Below are positions 1-14,592 of a stretch of DNA of 64,000 nt, piece after piece. A program made the translations under genes and the position numbers. How positions within the stretch are numbered: the stretch's first letter is position 1; every line of letters begins with the position of its first letter. This DNA comes from Sphyrna mokarran (Eukaryota), in the NCBI GenBank assembly GCA_024679065.1, contig JAGIQG010000006.1, positions 125,116,001 through 125,180,000 of the forward strand. The letters run 5' to 3'. The notes under the pieces are model-generated. The model did not search any database. It was not told the DNA's origin and was given only the letters and a program-made list of their open reading frames with translations.

Positions 1-299
1 TCTGAAATAACGTATTTCAGATGCCATTCACATGAGATATCTGTCCAGTCCTTTGGGATAACATTTATCCCTCTAACAATGTTACTAAAACAGATTATTT
101 CTCCAACTGCGATTTGCAGAAGCTTACTGCTGTGTTTCCTCCTATTACCATGGTGACCAATTCTTCAAAAACAATTCATTGCCTATAAAATGCTTTAGAC
201 CATCCAGAAATTGTGAAAAGTTCTACAAAAATATACATCTTTTTTTTTTCCCACCATTGATGCTTCTTGTTTTTAAGAAGAGTTCCAGAATAGAACTTT

Positions 300-790
300 C
301 ATTGAAGGGAGTTCAGAAAAGGTTCACTAGGATGATGCCTGGTATGGAAGGATTGTCTTACGATGAAGGGTTAAACAGGTGGGGATTCTACTCGATGGAA
401 TTTAAAGAATGAGGAGTGATCTCATTGAAACATACAGGATTCTTAAGGGGCTTGATATAGAGTAAATAAATGCTGAAAGGATGTTTCTCCTCATGGGACC
501 ATTTAGGCATAGTCTCAGAAAAAAGAGGCACCAATTTAAAACAGATGAGGATGAATTTCTTCTCTCAGAGAATGAGTGTCTTTGGAACTCCTTGCCACAG
601 AGAGCTACGGCAGCAGTGTTCTTGTGTATATTTAAGACTGAGATCAATAGATTTTTGACCAGTAAGGAGAACAAGAATTACGGGGAAAAGTCAGCCAAAT
701 GGACATGAGGATTGTCAGATCAGCCACGATCCTATTGAATGGTGATGCAAGCTCAAGGGGTCGAACAGCCTATTCCTATTTCTTATGGTT
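300..790 (+). mobile_element. CR1-type LINE 3' fragment (RT C-terminus and 3' UTR)
   Basis: ORF track shows LKGVQKRFTRMMPGMEGLSYDEGLNRWGFYSME, the CR1 ORF2 C-terminal signature, with frameshifts. Confidence 0.85.
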
Positions 791-1031
791 TTTATACATC
801 TGGAGAGTTCAAGTTATAATCAAGAGGCCAATTAATTAGTCCATGAGGCCACAGAAGCTCTTTTCATTGGTGTTTATATTGTTTTCTTCATTAGTTCCTT
901 GCTGGTTACATTTTCTGGGAAATTACAATGGTCTGGTCTCATCTCTACTTCCAGGTAAGCCTTCATTAACGTGCAAATTAATGATGAATGCTCTATCAAT
1001 GTAAAAAATATAACTCCTAGATTAGTGCAAT

Positions 1032-1550
1032 AGGGGAGGCCGTTGCGCAGTGTTTTTTTAGTAATCCAGAGATCCAGGGCAGTGCTCACCATCACAGATA
1101 GTGAAATTTGAATTTAATAAAAGTATTTGGTGTTAAAAGTCTCATGATGATCATCAGACCATTACTGATTGTCATAAAAAACCATCTGGTTCACTAATGG
1201 TTTTTAGGGAATGAAATCTGCCTCCCTTACTTTGCAGCTTTGACAAAGGATGATCTGGACTCGAAACATTAGCTCTTTTCTCTCCTTACAGATGCTGCCA
1301 GACCTGCTACGATTTTCCAGTATTTTCTCTATTGATTTCAGATTCCAGCATCTGCAGTAATTTGATATATATGTCTTTGTTACCTGATCTGACCTACATG
1401 TGACTCCAGACCCACAGCAATGCAGTTAATTCTTACCTGCTCCTCTGTAATGGTCCAGCGAGCCACTCAGTTCAAAGGCAATTAGGGCTGGGTGACAAAT
1501 GCTGCCCTTGTCATTGATGCCTACACCCAATGAATGATATAAAAAAAAAT
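1032..1550 (+). mobile_element. tRNA-derived SINE (second family), interrupted by a Penelope-like fragment at ~1232-1375
   Basis: Shares the body (catctggttcactaatg...tacatgtgactccaga...gggcaattaggg...aaatgctg, A-rich tail) with copies at ~15868-16245, ~59720-60070 and ~60610-60955. Confidence 0.75.
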
Positions 1551-1852
1551 GAACACTACAATTTTAATGTTCTGCCCAAAAGGACGTTGGAAGCAGATGC
1601 AATTATGGCTTTCAGAAATGAATGGAATAAATGTTTGAAGGGGAGAACATTTGCTGCCGCTGGGGAGAAAAGATCGAGCCAGCATAGGTATCGTGGGCTC
1701 AATGGCCTTCTTCTGTAGATTCTACGATTTGGTACACAACAGTACTTTAGCAGTATGTACACCTTCTCTATTAAAATAAGGTTTGTAAATAGGTAGCAAT
1801 ATATCCAGATTATTGCAATGTGCATTTTAAAAATTAGTTTCCACATTCATAC

Positions 1853-2024
1853 CAGTTTGTTCCAGGTACTTTATGCTTATTTTGTCAACAGGAAAGAAAG
1901 CTGCCGTTGCTCCATACTCCGGACACATGTTGGAAATGGTTGCTCGATCAGCGATGGATAGTTGCATCACACCCGGGCCGAAGAATTCAACAAATTTTCC
2001 CACAACCCCAACCTGGCGAAGATG
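1853..2024 (-). CDS. ACO1: ACO1/IRP1 coding exon (exon 8 equivalent): [57 protein letters not shown]
   Basis: Near-identical to vertebrate IRP1. Acceptor AG at 2026-2025, donor GT at 1852-1851, 172 nt. The next exon was not found in the window. Confidence 0.97.
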
Positions 2025-2104
2025 CTTTAAAGGAAACAAAAACTGTTTGACTACTTAATTTAATGAGTTTGGTTTACAATTTTTTAATTGCTCTGAAATT
2101 GATG

Positions 2105-2380
2105 TTTAAGTTTATTTAGTGTCACAAATAGGCTCACATTAACACAGCAGAAAATCCCTGAGTCATCACACTCTGGCGTCTGTTCACATACACCGAGGCA
2201 GAATTCAGCATGGTCAATGCACCCTAAACAGTATGTCTTTCGGATTGTGGGAAGAAACTGGAGCACCCAGAAGAAATCCATGCAGACATGGGGAAACATG
2301 CAGATTCCGCCCAATGACCCAAACCTGGAATTGAACCCAGGTTCCTGGCTCTGTGAGGCAGCAGTACTAACCACCGTGCT
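2105..2380 (-). mobile_element. V-SINE/HE1-like tRNA SINE (tail type B)
   Basis: tRNA-like head (tggttagtactgctgcctcacag...gggttcaattcc), V-domain, and the ...cagtgttaatgtaagcctacttgtgacactaataaa type of tail. Confidence 0.85.
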
Positions 2381-2567
2381 GACAGTGTGAAGCGTCAGAG
2401 TAAGAATTTATTGGGGGGGGGGGGCGTTAAAAAAATATAAAACACAACTTTAATTTTATAGAAATACATTGCAAGGGAGTCGAATTCTAACATTGAACTT
2501 GAAATATCTTATACCAAAATAGCAATTCAACAAACCTCAACAATTTTCAAGTATATTGTGTACTTAC

Positions 2568-2707
2568 CTTTGTGATTGTGAGGACTATATCTGTTGATGT
2601 TACCAAGGAGTCTGGAGTTCCTACCAACTTATAGCCAACTACTTCTGGAAGAACCATGCTGATGGGCTGACCCAGCATCACTGCCTCAGCCTCAATGCCA
2701 CCCACAC
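2568..2707 (-). CDS. ACO1: ACO1 coding exon (exon 7 equivalent): [47 protein letters not shown]
   Basis: Aconitase motif [15 protein letters not shown]. Acceptor cag at 2710-2708, donor AAG|GTAAGT, 140 nt, phases fit neighbours. Confidence 0.97.
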
Positions 2708-2779
2708 CTGCAAAGGAAGGAGTAGAACATAGAACACTAGAGCACAAACAGACCCTTCGGCCCACAAGTTGGGCCAATC

Positions 2780-3232
2780 ATATCTATATCTACTAGGCCA
2801 TAGAACTATCTGTAACTCCCAATCCCATTAAATCCCATGTACTTATCCAGAAGTCTCCTAAAAGACCCCAGCGAGTTCACTTCTATCACCACTGATGGCA
2901 ACCGATTCCATTCACTCACCACCCTCTGAGTGAAAAACTTACCTCTAACATCTCCTCTGTATTTGCCCCCAGCACCTTAAACCTGTGTCCTCTCATAGCG
3001 ACCATTTCAGCCCTGGGAAATAGCCTCCGAGAATCACCCTATCTATTCCTCTCAACATGTTATAAACCTTTATCAGGTCACTTCTCAACCTTCGTCCCTC
3101 CAGGGAGAAGAGACCTAGCTCTCTCAATCTATCTTCATAAGGCATGCCCCCCAATCCAGGCAACATCCTTGTAAATCTCCTCTGCACCCTCTCAATAGCT
3201 TCCACATCCTTCCTATAGTGAGGCGACCAGAA
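2780..3232 (-). mobile_element. CR1-type LINE 3' fragment
   Basis: ORF EAIERVQRRFTRMLPGLGGMPYEDRLRELGLFSLEGRRLRSDLIKVYNMLRGIDRV is the canonical CR1 ORF2 tail. Confidence 0.9.
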
Positions 3233-5748
3233 TAATTGGGAGTTATGAACTCTTGCAAAAAAAATTAAAGCACAAATGAGCTGTCAATTCATAAATGCTG
3301 GCTACACTTTTCATAGAATCCCTATAGAAGCAGGCCATTCATCCTATTGAATCTGCACTGACTACAATCCCACCCAGATCCTTTTTCTGAAATCCCACAT
3401 ACTTATCTTTCTAATCCCCCTAGCACTAGTGTGAATTTAGTATGGCCAATCCACCTAACCTGCATATCTTTGGACTGTGAGAAGAAACCGGAGAATCCGG
3501 GGTATACCCACAGACACGGAGAATATGCAAACTCCGCACAGACAGTAACCCAAGTCCCTGGTGCTGAGAGGCCCATTTTGGTAACCAGAAATTTGAAGTA
3601 CACAGAATACAATCCATTGAACCCCTACGCTGCAGAAGGACAGCGTTCAGCATATCAAGTTTGCGCTGACAACAATGTCACCCAGGCCCTATCCCCGTAA
3701 CCCCACATAAATGTCCTGCTCATCCCTCTAACCTACATATCCGAGGACATTATGGGGCAATTTATCATGGCCAATCAACTTAACCCACACATCTTGGATA
3801 TGAAGAATGTGCAAATTCCACATATTCCCCATACCTAAGTATTTGAGATTTTACATCAAAGAACATAGGCTCATAAGAAAACTAAATACTTAACCAACAA
3901 CCAAGCATGAGGTACATTTTAAGCCTGTGTAAAAACCATGTCACGACATTTGTATACATGCAAATTGAAGTTTCATTTTCACAGGTTTTGAGGTTTACTT
4001 CTTTTCAGCGTAGCAATCTTAGTCTATGCCTCTTTCATTCAGGTGTGCACCTGCATCTGATATTTACTTTTTTTAAACTTGGAATTTTACAGCATAGGAA
4101 CAGATCATTTGGCCCAACGAGTTACTTCTGCTGTTCACGTGGCACATCAACCTCTTCTAACACTACTTTCTCTATGCCTCACTCCCTCACACGTCATCCA
4201 ATTTCTCCATAAATGCATCTATAACATTCACCTTGGCACTTAAAGCAGTTCTAACACAGTGAATCCCATGAGTTCATAGAAAAAGTGTCATTGAACAAAA
4301 TTTGACAGAGTCACATGAGCTACTAGGATAGAGGGAGGAGGGAGGTTTTTGGGGAACATCTTAAAGGAATCATAGAACCCTGCAGTGCAGGCAGCCATTT
4401 AGCCTATCGTGTCTGCACTGACTAACATCCCACCCAACTCCTATCCCTGCAGCCCCACATATTCACCCTGCTAGTACTCCTGATACTAAGTGGCAATCTT
4501 GCATAGCCATTAACCTAACTGCACATGTCCGGACTGTGGAAGGAAACTGGAACACCCAGAAGAAACCCTCGCAGACCCGGGGAGAATGAGCAAACTCCAC
4601 AGGCACTGAGCCAAACCAGGAATCGAACCCAGGTCCCTGGTTCTACGTAACAGCAGTGCTAACCATATGTTACCACGCCATCCAAGGAGGAGTGAGAGGT
4701 AGAGATGCAGAGTTTAGGGAAGAAATTCCAGAGCTTAGGCATTGAAGGCATAGCTACAAATAGTGGGGCAAAGAAAATCAGGAATAATGTGCAAATAAAC
4801 ATTAGTATTCCAGCCACTGTGATCTGAACTGGGTATTATATTTCTCATGCATGCTTTAGTGTGCAATTTTTCTCTCTTTAATCTTGCCTCATAGAATCCC
4901 AAGTGCAACAGGTACTTTGGTCCATTGAGTTTGCATGACTCTCTGACAAGACTATCTTACCTAGGCCCTATCAATGTCACCCACACATTTACCATGACCA
5001 ATCTACCTAACCCGCATATCTTTGAATGTGACAGAAAACTGGAGGAAACCCACACAGACTTCACACGGACACCCAACGCCAAAACTGTATCCCTGGCGCT
5101 GAGAGACAGCAGTACTAACCACTGTCCCGCTGTTGAGCATTACTAGTGTTTATTTTACAGACACCAGTAAGGCGAACAGCTGCAAACAAACCTTTCTCAC
5201 TTTACTCAAACTCAGATTCTTTCCTTGACGAATGAATCACGTAGTCTATGCATTCAGTGAGCTGTTTGTTTGGTATTCTCAGTCTTTCTGGATAATTAGA
5301 CTCAGCAAGAAATGAGCTGTAGCTTTGCTTCCAGCTCAGGTCTAAACCTCACGGTTTCCACTTTCAAAGCCTATTTGCCTGCCAATGTGGCCCTTTTTTC
5401 TTACTCTCTTTGCTCCCAAAGTCATCAGGCCATCAATAAAACTGGTGACCTCCCTCATTCAAATAGAACGTCTCAGCAGATGTTACAATGAATAGGTCAT
5501 CCCCATAACACTCACAGCAACATCTAAACAAACTGGCTCAAATGCATTGTCTGAATCCCAATCTAAAATTTTCCAGCTCTCCTATGAACTTATCTCTCGA
5601 GAGTTACAATTAACTTAATAATGGTGCTTTTAAGTAACTGCACATATCTAGATCCTCCCATGAAAGATGTCATAAATCCTAAAAGATATTCGGTGACATT
5701 CTCTGACTCCCCTCTGTGTTTTTCTCAGCGACAGAAGGCACTTAGCTG

Positions 5749-5870
5749 GTGGCTGAATCTTTTAGTCCCATTGAAACCATCCCATGCCGCTGGGAAACCC
5801 AAGACAGGCTGTACACTGCCAGTGTGACCAATATATCCCATCAACATTAACAGCTGGAAAATACCAGCCA
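5749..5870. mobile_element. Short MITE-like element with terminal inverted repeats
   Basis: Ends tggctgaatctttt...ggaaaataccagcca. Related elements at ~52708-52880, ~60418-60552 and ~61020-61157 (ggctggaatt...aattcctgccc). Confidence 0.55.
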
Positions 5871-6211
5871 GTGTCATGAAGTTTTACAGCACAGAAAGAG
5901 GCCCTTTGGCTATCATGTCTGCTCTGGCCATCAGAAGACAGGAGTGTCTAACATTTTTCAGGATTGTTCTCTGTAAAACATTTAACGTCCAAGACATTTA
6001 ATGTAAATGGCTTTGAGCCATAACTGATTGAATTTAGATTAAATTACTCTTAAATGTTCAGATTTCTTTTCAGAAAATGGTGAAGACTTAAAACATTTTT
6101 TAAACAACATTAAATCTGAACAACCGTTAGACGAACATGGAGACTTAATCACTTTCCTGGAAGAAGAATAATTAAATCCCAAGAATAATCCTTCAATGAG
6201 GCAAGTGTCTA

Positions 6212-6457
<246 letters not shown>

Positions 6458-7326
6458 TCATACAAAAAAAGAGCTAAATAAATGCTTACAACCTTATCCC
6501 TTTAAATTTACAACTTAAGTTCTCTTGTGGGACATTTAGAGATTCAAATTACTGTTACTCAAGCATTGTTCTGTTGGTGAATTTCCTTCTAGTTATCATC
6601 TCTTGCTGAGTAGATACCCCTTCAGTTATGAGCACCAACACAGATTGGGGAAGCCACTCGACTATGAGAAGGCATCTCAGCTGCACCCAATTCTTTCCTC
6701 GTTGATAACCACACGCACATTCCCAACTGACACTGATGGATAGCAAGAGCGAGCAGGAATCGTGTCAGATTTTCTCCCACATGCTCCCAGCACAAGAAGG
6801 CGGCTCAAGGCAATTATAGCCTCCTGAATGTCAAATTGGCTGAGATTTTACCAAATCAAAAGACTAAGAACTGACTCTGGTGCTTCCTGGCTTGTACAGT
6901 TCAGCTGCATGTTGCCAGTTAAGCCACTATGCAAGCAGACAGCATGTTGCAAAAGTACTTTATCAAATGTCAGTATCGACTATTTGACCCAAACGCTGGG
7001 AAGCAGGAAGGAAATTCTAATATTACTGAAGATTATCAAAAAATTATAAGATAGGTCTTTTTCCCAAGCTTTTACATTCTGATGTAAACACACTTGAGCA
7101 CAGTTCATGAGATTTTTTGTTATCTCTGCTTACTCTCCATTGTGGGTGGAACTGGAAGTGTTTCAGAACTCCAGTTCTCTCCCCTCCCTTTCATGGAGGA
7201 ATCTTTATATTTCAGGTCATAAGGTCAAGACCAAACTCACTGGAACTTTCCTCCCCAGCACACAAAACAGTAAACATACAGGTTATTTCAGAACAGCTTG
7301 ATGAAACCCCACACAAATTGTGATAC

Positions 7327-7396
7327 CTTCAAAAATTCAAATCTTTCTTTGTTTCTTTCAAATTCAATTTCTTGGTTTTTTTGCAAGCTGTCTGGC
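7327..7396 (-). CDS. ACO1: ACO1 coding exon (exon 5 equivalent): (W)[23 protein letters not shown]
   Basis: Manual translation. ttccttgcag acceptor, AAG|GTATCA donor, 70 nt. Confidence 0.96.
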
Positions 7397-7899
7397 CTGC
7401 AAGGAAAACAAAATCAGAACTCGATGAGGGTTCAGCAACAAACCATTTACTTCACAGTATCAGAGTGAGCACAGCACTGAATATATCCAATGTTACCAAA
7501 ATAGGAGGGAGGAAACATTTATTACAATGATCTAAAGAGTGCAAGAAATAGTCACCAATTATCACTGGTAGACTGCCTTCTATGTGGTTTCATAGCACAA
7601 AAATGAAGGTCAAAGATTGATTCCATCTAGCCCAGATGCAGCACCATCTTCAACACTCCATTCTGAGAACCTCAACAGAGTGTGGCAACTAGGGAAATTT
7701 CACAGTAACTTCATTGCAGTGTTAATGTAAGCCTTACTTGTAACTAATGAATAAACTTTTACTTTATTTTATGGCATTCTAATAAAAAAAATTAAAGTAC
7801 TCAATTTCATACCATGAATCTCAAGCAACAATCTACTATGGTTTTTAAAAAAATCAATTTAACCATACAAATACTTAATATTCTGTTAAAATTATCACA

Positions 7900-8640
7900 A
7901 CTAAAAGGGTTAAATTATCAGGACAAGTCACACAGATTAGGCCTTTAACCTCTGAATGAAGATTGAGATTTATAAACATGGAGCAGATGCTTCCTCTTGT
8001 GGGGCATTGTAGGACAAGGTCATAGTCTTAGGATAAGGGATAGTAAATTTAAAAGAGTTGAGGAGAAACTATTTCTCCCAAAGGGCTGTAAATCTGTGGA
8101 ATTTGTTACCCCAAAGTGTGGTGGATGCTGGAACAGAGAGTAAATTTGAGGAGATAAGACAGATTTTTAATTGGTAATGAATTGAAGGGTTATGGGAAAA
8201 GGCAAGAGGAGCATATCAACCATCAAATGGCGGCAGACTCGATGGGCTGAATGGCCAAATTCTGCTTCTTTATCTGATGAATATATGTTAATTAAAGGAT
8301 TTGGTAGGCTTGAAAGAACAAATAAAGAGAAACTATTTCCTCTGCTGGGTAACTGTCCAGAACAAGACAGCGTGACTTTAAAAATTAAGCCAGGTTGTTC
8401 ACTGGTGATAGGAGAAACACTTTCTTGTACAAAAGGTGGTGGAAATCTGGAACACACTTCCTCCAGAAACCATCTGAGGCTGAAGGTTAAATGAAATAAC
8501 TCACATTGGTAAAATTGTTAGGCATGGGTAGTAAAGATTTCAGAACCAAGGCACGTAGGAAGGAGTTAAGATCAAGCCCATAACCTGATTGAATGGCAGA
8601 ACAGACTCAAGGATCTGAATCACCTACTCTGGTCCTGAGG
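7900..8640 (+). mobile_element. Two degenerate CR1-type LINE 3' fragments
   Basis: CR1 tail motifs (atgcttcctcttgtggg...ggtcatagtctta...gggctgtaaatctgtggaat...gatgggctgaatggcc). Confidence 0.7.
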
Positions 8641-9349
8641 CGGACAATTGAAGTTACAAAAAGATAATGCAATAGAAATGTGTATAGGTCCCTAGAAAAA
8701 TAAGTGCACTCTCAGTGGCTTAATATCAGAAAACAAATTCCACTGTTTTATGCTGGGTATGTAGTCCTTTAAGGGAGTGGGTCATGTGACCCTGGAGTTT
8801 TGAAGATCTGCCCAGGGACCACTCTGGAGGAATCGAAGGAAAAGAGCATGGAATAAGTGAGGCCTGCAATCGAATGCCTGTGTTCCCTGATGTCAGTCAG
8901 TGGACTCAATTCTTGGAACATATCACAGCAACAGGATATACAACACAAGACACTGGATACCTCTCCTGCAACTTGCACCTTGAGGAAATAGTGCAGGGGA
9001 CAAAATGACTTCATTTCCAGAATTCCAATGTTTTTGGAAAACTGGATTTTCCTGAGCTTGAAATGTGCTGTCAGATTATGCATTCCCTCCTCTAGCCCTT
9101 CGAGCACACAGACCAGTTCGTAGCACCAACAGCTTGTGTACACAATGCTACCTCATGTGATGATGCAAGCATACTAGTGTACAGAACCGATACCTTGTCC
9201 ATTCCTAAACAAACTTGATGTATGATTTTATTGATATAATTGAGTGAGCAGGAATAAATACTAAAATGAAAATCAAGTTCTGTTCTTTTGCCTGATACTT
9301 ACTGCGTTCCTGCTGATCTGGCTCGGTCTCACTGTGAAATCTCTATCAT

Positions 9350-9640
9350 AAGTTTATTAGTTTCACAAATAGGCTTATATTAACACTGCAATGAATTTAC
9401 TGAAAATCCCCTTGTCACCACACTCCAGGACCTGTTTGGATACAGTGAGGGAGAACTAGCATGGCCGATGCACCTAACAGCACGTCTTTCGGAATGTGGG
9501 AGAAAACCAGAGCACCTGGAGGAAATCCAAGTAGATACAGGGAGAACTTGCAGAATCCGCCCTGACAGTGACCCAAGCTGGGAATCGAACCCGAGTCCCA
9601 GGTGCTGAGAGGCAGCAGTGCTAACCACTGTGCCACCACA
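9350..9640 (-). mobile_element. V-SINE/HE1-like SINE (tail type B)
   Basis: Same consensus as the 2105-2380 copy. Confidence 0.85.
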
Positions 9641-10621
9641 TCTTTCTTTGATGGTCTAGCACTTATGGCATTCAATCCAAGCTACACATGCACTGTCAGA
9701 ATGGTTTAGCTAACCTACTGCCAGCTTTGATGGTTTCCATTCAAATGCAATTCCATCCTTTTCCTCTGCTGTCACATGATGCTGTCTTTGATCCTTCACA
9801 GAATACAACATCTTGATGTAAACAGTAAAAGGCCTTTGTCCACAAGCCCACTTTTTAAGCTTTTTATTAATATTTAACAGTTCATTTTAGCACATCAAAA
9901 TCTGGGATTCAAGAGAGGCTGCATAATTTCCACATCACAAGAATTGGTCCTTCAATAGGTACCCAAACCAGCAGAGCGCTTTTTGTGCACAAACCACGTG
10001 AAAACTACATGCAAACACTAAATCATTTAAAACAGAGAGAAGAAAAACTTTGATTTCAGAAAAAAGGCTGCATACATCATTCAAATAAGTTCTCGCATGT
10101 GATCATAAATATAGAATAACAGCATTCAATTTAGCCTATCAGCAGCATTCCACTGCTAAATATACACATCATCCTACTTTTCCGCTTCCTAAAAAGCCAT
10201 TTGTACTTCAATACATCAAAACGAGCCCGTTATCTGAAAAAAACTCAGCAAGTGCACAGATCAAGTCTATATTAAAAAAAAGCAAAACAAGTCACGCAAA
10301 CCCAAACTTAAAACCACTATAAATAGATTAATGGTTTTAGGAAACTAGCCACATTTACATGAACTCAAAACAGATGGCCTTTTTCTGAAAATAAAGAAAA
10401 CAAAGAGCACGGGTTGGAAGAGGACAAGTGTTCAATTAATCTTCAATAAAGAGGTAATGCCCTGGACTACTTTAAAAACAGGGTGCTAACCCTCTGGCAA
10501 CCACCAGTATAGAATCATCAGATTAACAGACAACTGGAGCAAAAGTACCTCAAAAATCAAACGACATTTCTTCCATGGGTTATACATACAGCAAATAACT
10601 TGCCGCCCCTTAGAAACATGT

Positions 10622-10930
10622 TTAGAATCATAGAATCCTTATAGTGCAGGAGGAGTCCATTTGGCCATTGAGCCTGCACCAACCAGAATATCATCCAGGT
10701 CCTAATCCCCATAACCCCACATATTTGCTGTGCTAATCTCCATGAGACTAAGGGGCAATTTATCATGGCCAATCAATGTAACCTTCACCTCTTTGGAGTG
10801 TAGGCTGACCTGGAGGAAAGCCATGCAGACACGAGGAGAACATGCAAACTCCACACAGACAGCGACCCAAGGCCAGAATCAAACCCAGGTCCCTGGCGCT
10901 GTGAGGTAGCAGTGCTAACTACTGTGCCAT
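10622..10930 (-). mobile_element. V-SINE/HE1-like SINE (tail type A, CR1-like ending in attctatg repeats)
   Basis: Head and V-domain, then ...aatggactcctcctgcactataaggattctatgattcta. Confidence 0.85.
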
Positions 10931-11527
10931 CAAGCTTCTGGAACTCCTTATGCAAATCTGCAACTCTCAGCTGAAAAACTAATGGTACACGCAGCAACTA
11001 CAATAATTGCTGCAAGATACAATGACATACCAAATTGCTCTGAAAATATTCAAGTTTTTTTCCTACACTGATTCATAAGCAGGGCACCTAGATTTCAATT
11101 CAATGTAAAGTTAGCTATCTGCAGGTATTGAGCATGCAATGGGCAACTGAGTTATATAACTGCTGTCATTTATTGTCAGTAACTTGAAATACAACACAAG
11201 ATTTGAAATTTTAAAATCTCCTCCCAAACCGGAATTAAGTAATCATTTTCCATCTACAGCAGAATCTTGCTCTATGCACTCAACACACACAAAGTACAAC
11301 TTGTAATGTGATTGCTGAATTGCAAGGAAAAGAAAGGAGAATTATTCCCACCATAAATACCAACATTTCATCAAAATGGGAACCAAACTAATAAAATTAG
11401 ACAATTAAAATCACTTTCACCCACTTGGGTTAACATATCTTGCTATTTGGAAGTTGGCAAAGTAATTCAAAATCCTTTATAAACCGCTCTGGAACAGGTG
11501 GTGCTAGATTCTGAGCATTGTAGCTTA

Positions 11528-11725
<198 letters not shown>

Positions 11726-12266
11726 TCAAAAGGGCTATGAACCTTTGGGATTCTCCACAGCAGGGAGCTGCAGATGCTCAGGTTTCTCAGCGTATTCAAG
11801 TCCAAGGGATGAACAGAATTTTAGATACCATGGGGATGGTGCAGAAAGGTAAATGATCAGCTACGATCTTCTGAACAACAGAGCAGGTTTGAAAGTCTGA
11901 ATGGCCTATTGATGCTGCCCATAATGTTAACTATTGCTCAACCTTTCCTTTCTCTTCAAAATTGGGAAATAAATTAATTGCCATTTAGAATGTCTCTAAG
12001 GTCCAGAGTTCAGGGCCTGCTTTTACAATGCAGTTTCTGCAAAATAAATCATCATAAAGATCACAGGGCTTAGAGGGAAAAGGAATTGCCAAAGCGCTCT
12101 TTATAGATAGGGCTTTACTTGAGGCTCACTGCTGTCTTTTAGTAGCAGAAGCTAATTAGCTCATTATTGGGATGTCAAATGGACAGAAGAATAGTACAAA
12201 AAACTTCTTTTACTTCTGGAACCTGGTCCAAATCCAACTCAGACTGAAGGAATGAATTTCCCTGGT

Positions 12267-12800
12267 GATATGGTGGTTAGCACTGCAGCCCCGCAGCAGC
12301 AGGAACCTGGGTTCAATTCCAGCTTCGGGACACTGTCCATGTGGAGTCTGCACATTCTCCCCGTATCTGTGTGGGTTTCCTCCCACAGTCCAAAAAACAT
12401 GCTATTTAGATACACTGGCCATGCTAAATTATCTGTCAGTGTACCCGAACAGACGCCAGAGTGTGGCAACTAGGGAATTTTCACAGTAACTTCATTGCAG
12501 TGTTAATATAAGCATACATCATAGAATCGCTAGATTGCAGGAGGCCACCATTTGGCCCACTGAATCTGCACCAACCACAATCCTAGCCAGGCCCTTTCCC
12601 CATAACCCCACTTACTTACCCTAATACGAAGGGGCAACTTAGCATGGCCCATCAACCTAATCTGTGGACTGTGGGAGGAAACTGGAGCACCTGGAGGAAA
12701 CCCAAGCAGACATGGGAAGAACGTGCAGATTCCACACAGACAGTGACCCGAAGTCGAAACTGAACTCAAGTCCACCACTCAAGCTAACCACTGTGCCACC
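12267..12800. mobile_element. Two adjacent V-SINE copies in opposite orientation (+ ~12267-12515, - ~12518-12800)
   Basis: Both carry head and V-domain and are arranged tail to tail. Confidence 0.8.
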
Positions 12801-14592
12801 CAAGATTTGGCACTAATAAATACATTTTTAAAAATTAAAATTTGTTCAGCTTGATGGCCAGCACTGATGCGATGGGTCAAAGGGTCTCTTGTTCAGCTGT
12901 AAAACTCTATGACACTATACATGATTTATCTCCAAATATTGGTTGTTATGCTCTCAAGCATCTTGTGTGTTTCAGGTAATCAGCATTCAGAAGCTCCCTG
13001 CCCAGAGTTAGACACGAGTCAATATGGATTCCCCAGCCTCAGACAAACCCTGCATCTCAAATTCCTTACAGAGGCTTGGATTCCTGACAAGTCTTTTTCG
13101 GCTCACCCCACTCCACATTAGCTTGGTAAATAGACTGCTTCCTAGCAAACTAGATTATGTGCCCATGACCTCATTCTGGATGACTGCATCCAAATTCTAC
13201 ACCTTACTGAAACTTAGAGCACTAACAGCAACGATATCTTTCCCTAAAGTCATTCCAGGCTGCATATTTCACCACGCCTTCCACTTGGATTTTGCTGCTT
13301 TCTCACCATGGCTCATTTTATGCACCTAGCAATTTCCCACCCAATGCATAATTGCAGATGAGTACATCTGAAAGAGAACTAGACACTGAGGGAAGACTGA
13401 TCTACAGTACTACCTACACCCCGCCCCCACTCATGCTGAAAATAAAACTGTGGGTCTCTTATCTTTTACTTACATTTTATTTAAATTTATGCTCAAAACA
13501 ATATAAACCACCCAGCATACAAAACCATCCAGAAAACACAATGAACAAGCCAACACATCAATGACTTAACTTATAGGCAGCGCATTGCTGCTTCACACCG
13601 CCAGGGACCTAGGTTCAATTTCTGGCTTGGATCACTGTCTGTGCGGAGTTTGCACATTCTTTCCCTGTCAGTATAGGTTTCCTCTAGGTGCTCCAGTTTC
13701 CTCAAAGTCCAAAAGATATGCTGGTTAGATGCATTGGCTGTGCTAAATTCTCCCTCAATGTACTTGCACAGGCGCCAAAATGTGGCAACCAGAAGATTTT
13801 CACAGTTACTTAATTGCACTGTTAATATAAGCCTAATTGTGTCACTAATAGAGGAACTTAAATCTATAAACTTAAGCTTTACATTTGTGAACTGGAACAC
13901 TCCAAGCATTAGAGAAAAGCCTTGTTACATTAGGAAGTGATTAGACAGAGAAGGATTGATTAGTTATAAAGAAAGGTATATAAAATAGGGCTTCAGTCAA
14001 TTGTAGATACAACTGAGACTAACACAAACATAGGAAAGTCTTGCCAGGTAGGATCCTCACAGTGCAAAAAGCAGCCATTTGGCCCATCAAGTCTGTACCA
14101 ACTGTCCGAAACAACATTCCATTCAGGCTTTCCCTTCTGTCCCATCACCGTAACCCCATGGCGCTACCGTCGTTAATCCACCTATCCTGCACATCTTTAC
14201 AGCGTGGGATGAAACACCCAGAGGAAGATATCTTGGGAACATGCAAACTCCACATAGACAGTCACCCAAGGCTGAAATCGAGCTTGGGCCCCTAATGTTG
14301 TGAGGCAGCAGTGTTGGTGCTAACCAGTGCTGAACAACTTAATCTTTTAACGTCATTTTCTTCTTTATCATTTTAATCTGTAGCTTATCAGAGCAAAGTT
14401 ATGATACATTTTAGTCCTGAAGAAGTAGACTTGACTCTCTCCACAGACCTGCTGAATTTTTCCACCACTTTTTGCTTTTATTTAAAATGACTGAAAACTC
14501 GAGTTGGATTTTATGCTCCATCCTTGTTCTTTTTGCAAGCTATATTCTGTGTGTTTCAGGGGTGGGTTGTTTGATGATGAAGTCACACTTAC

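Noticed and set aside
1-1852. Next ACO1 exon (GR...YL.AVGMFRDF)
   Set aside because: Not recognised in this interval, which is mostly repeats; presumably beyond the window edge.
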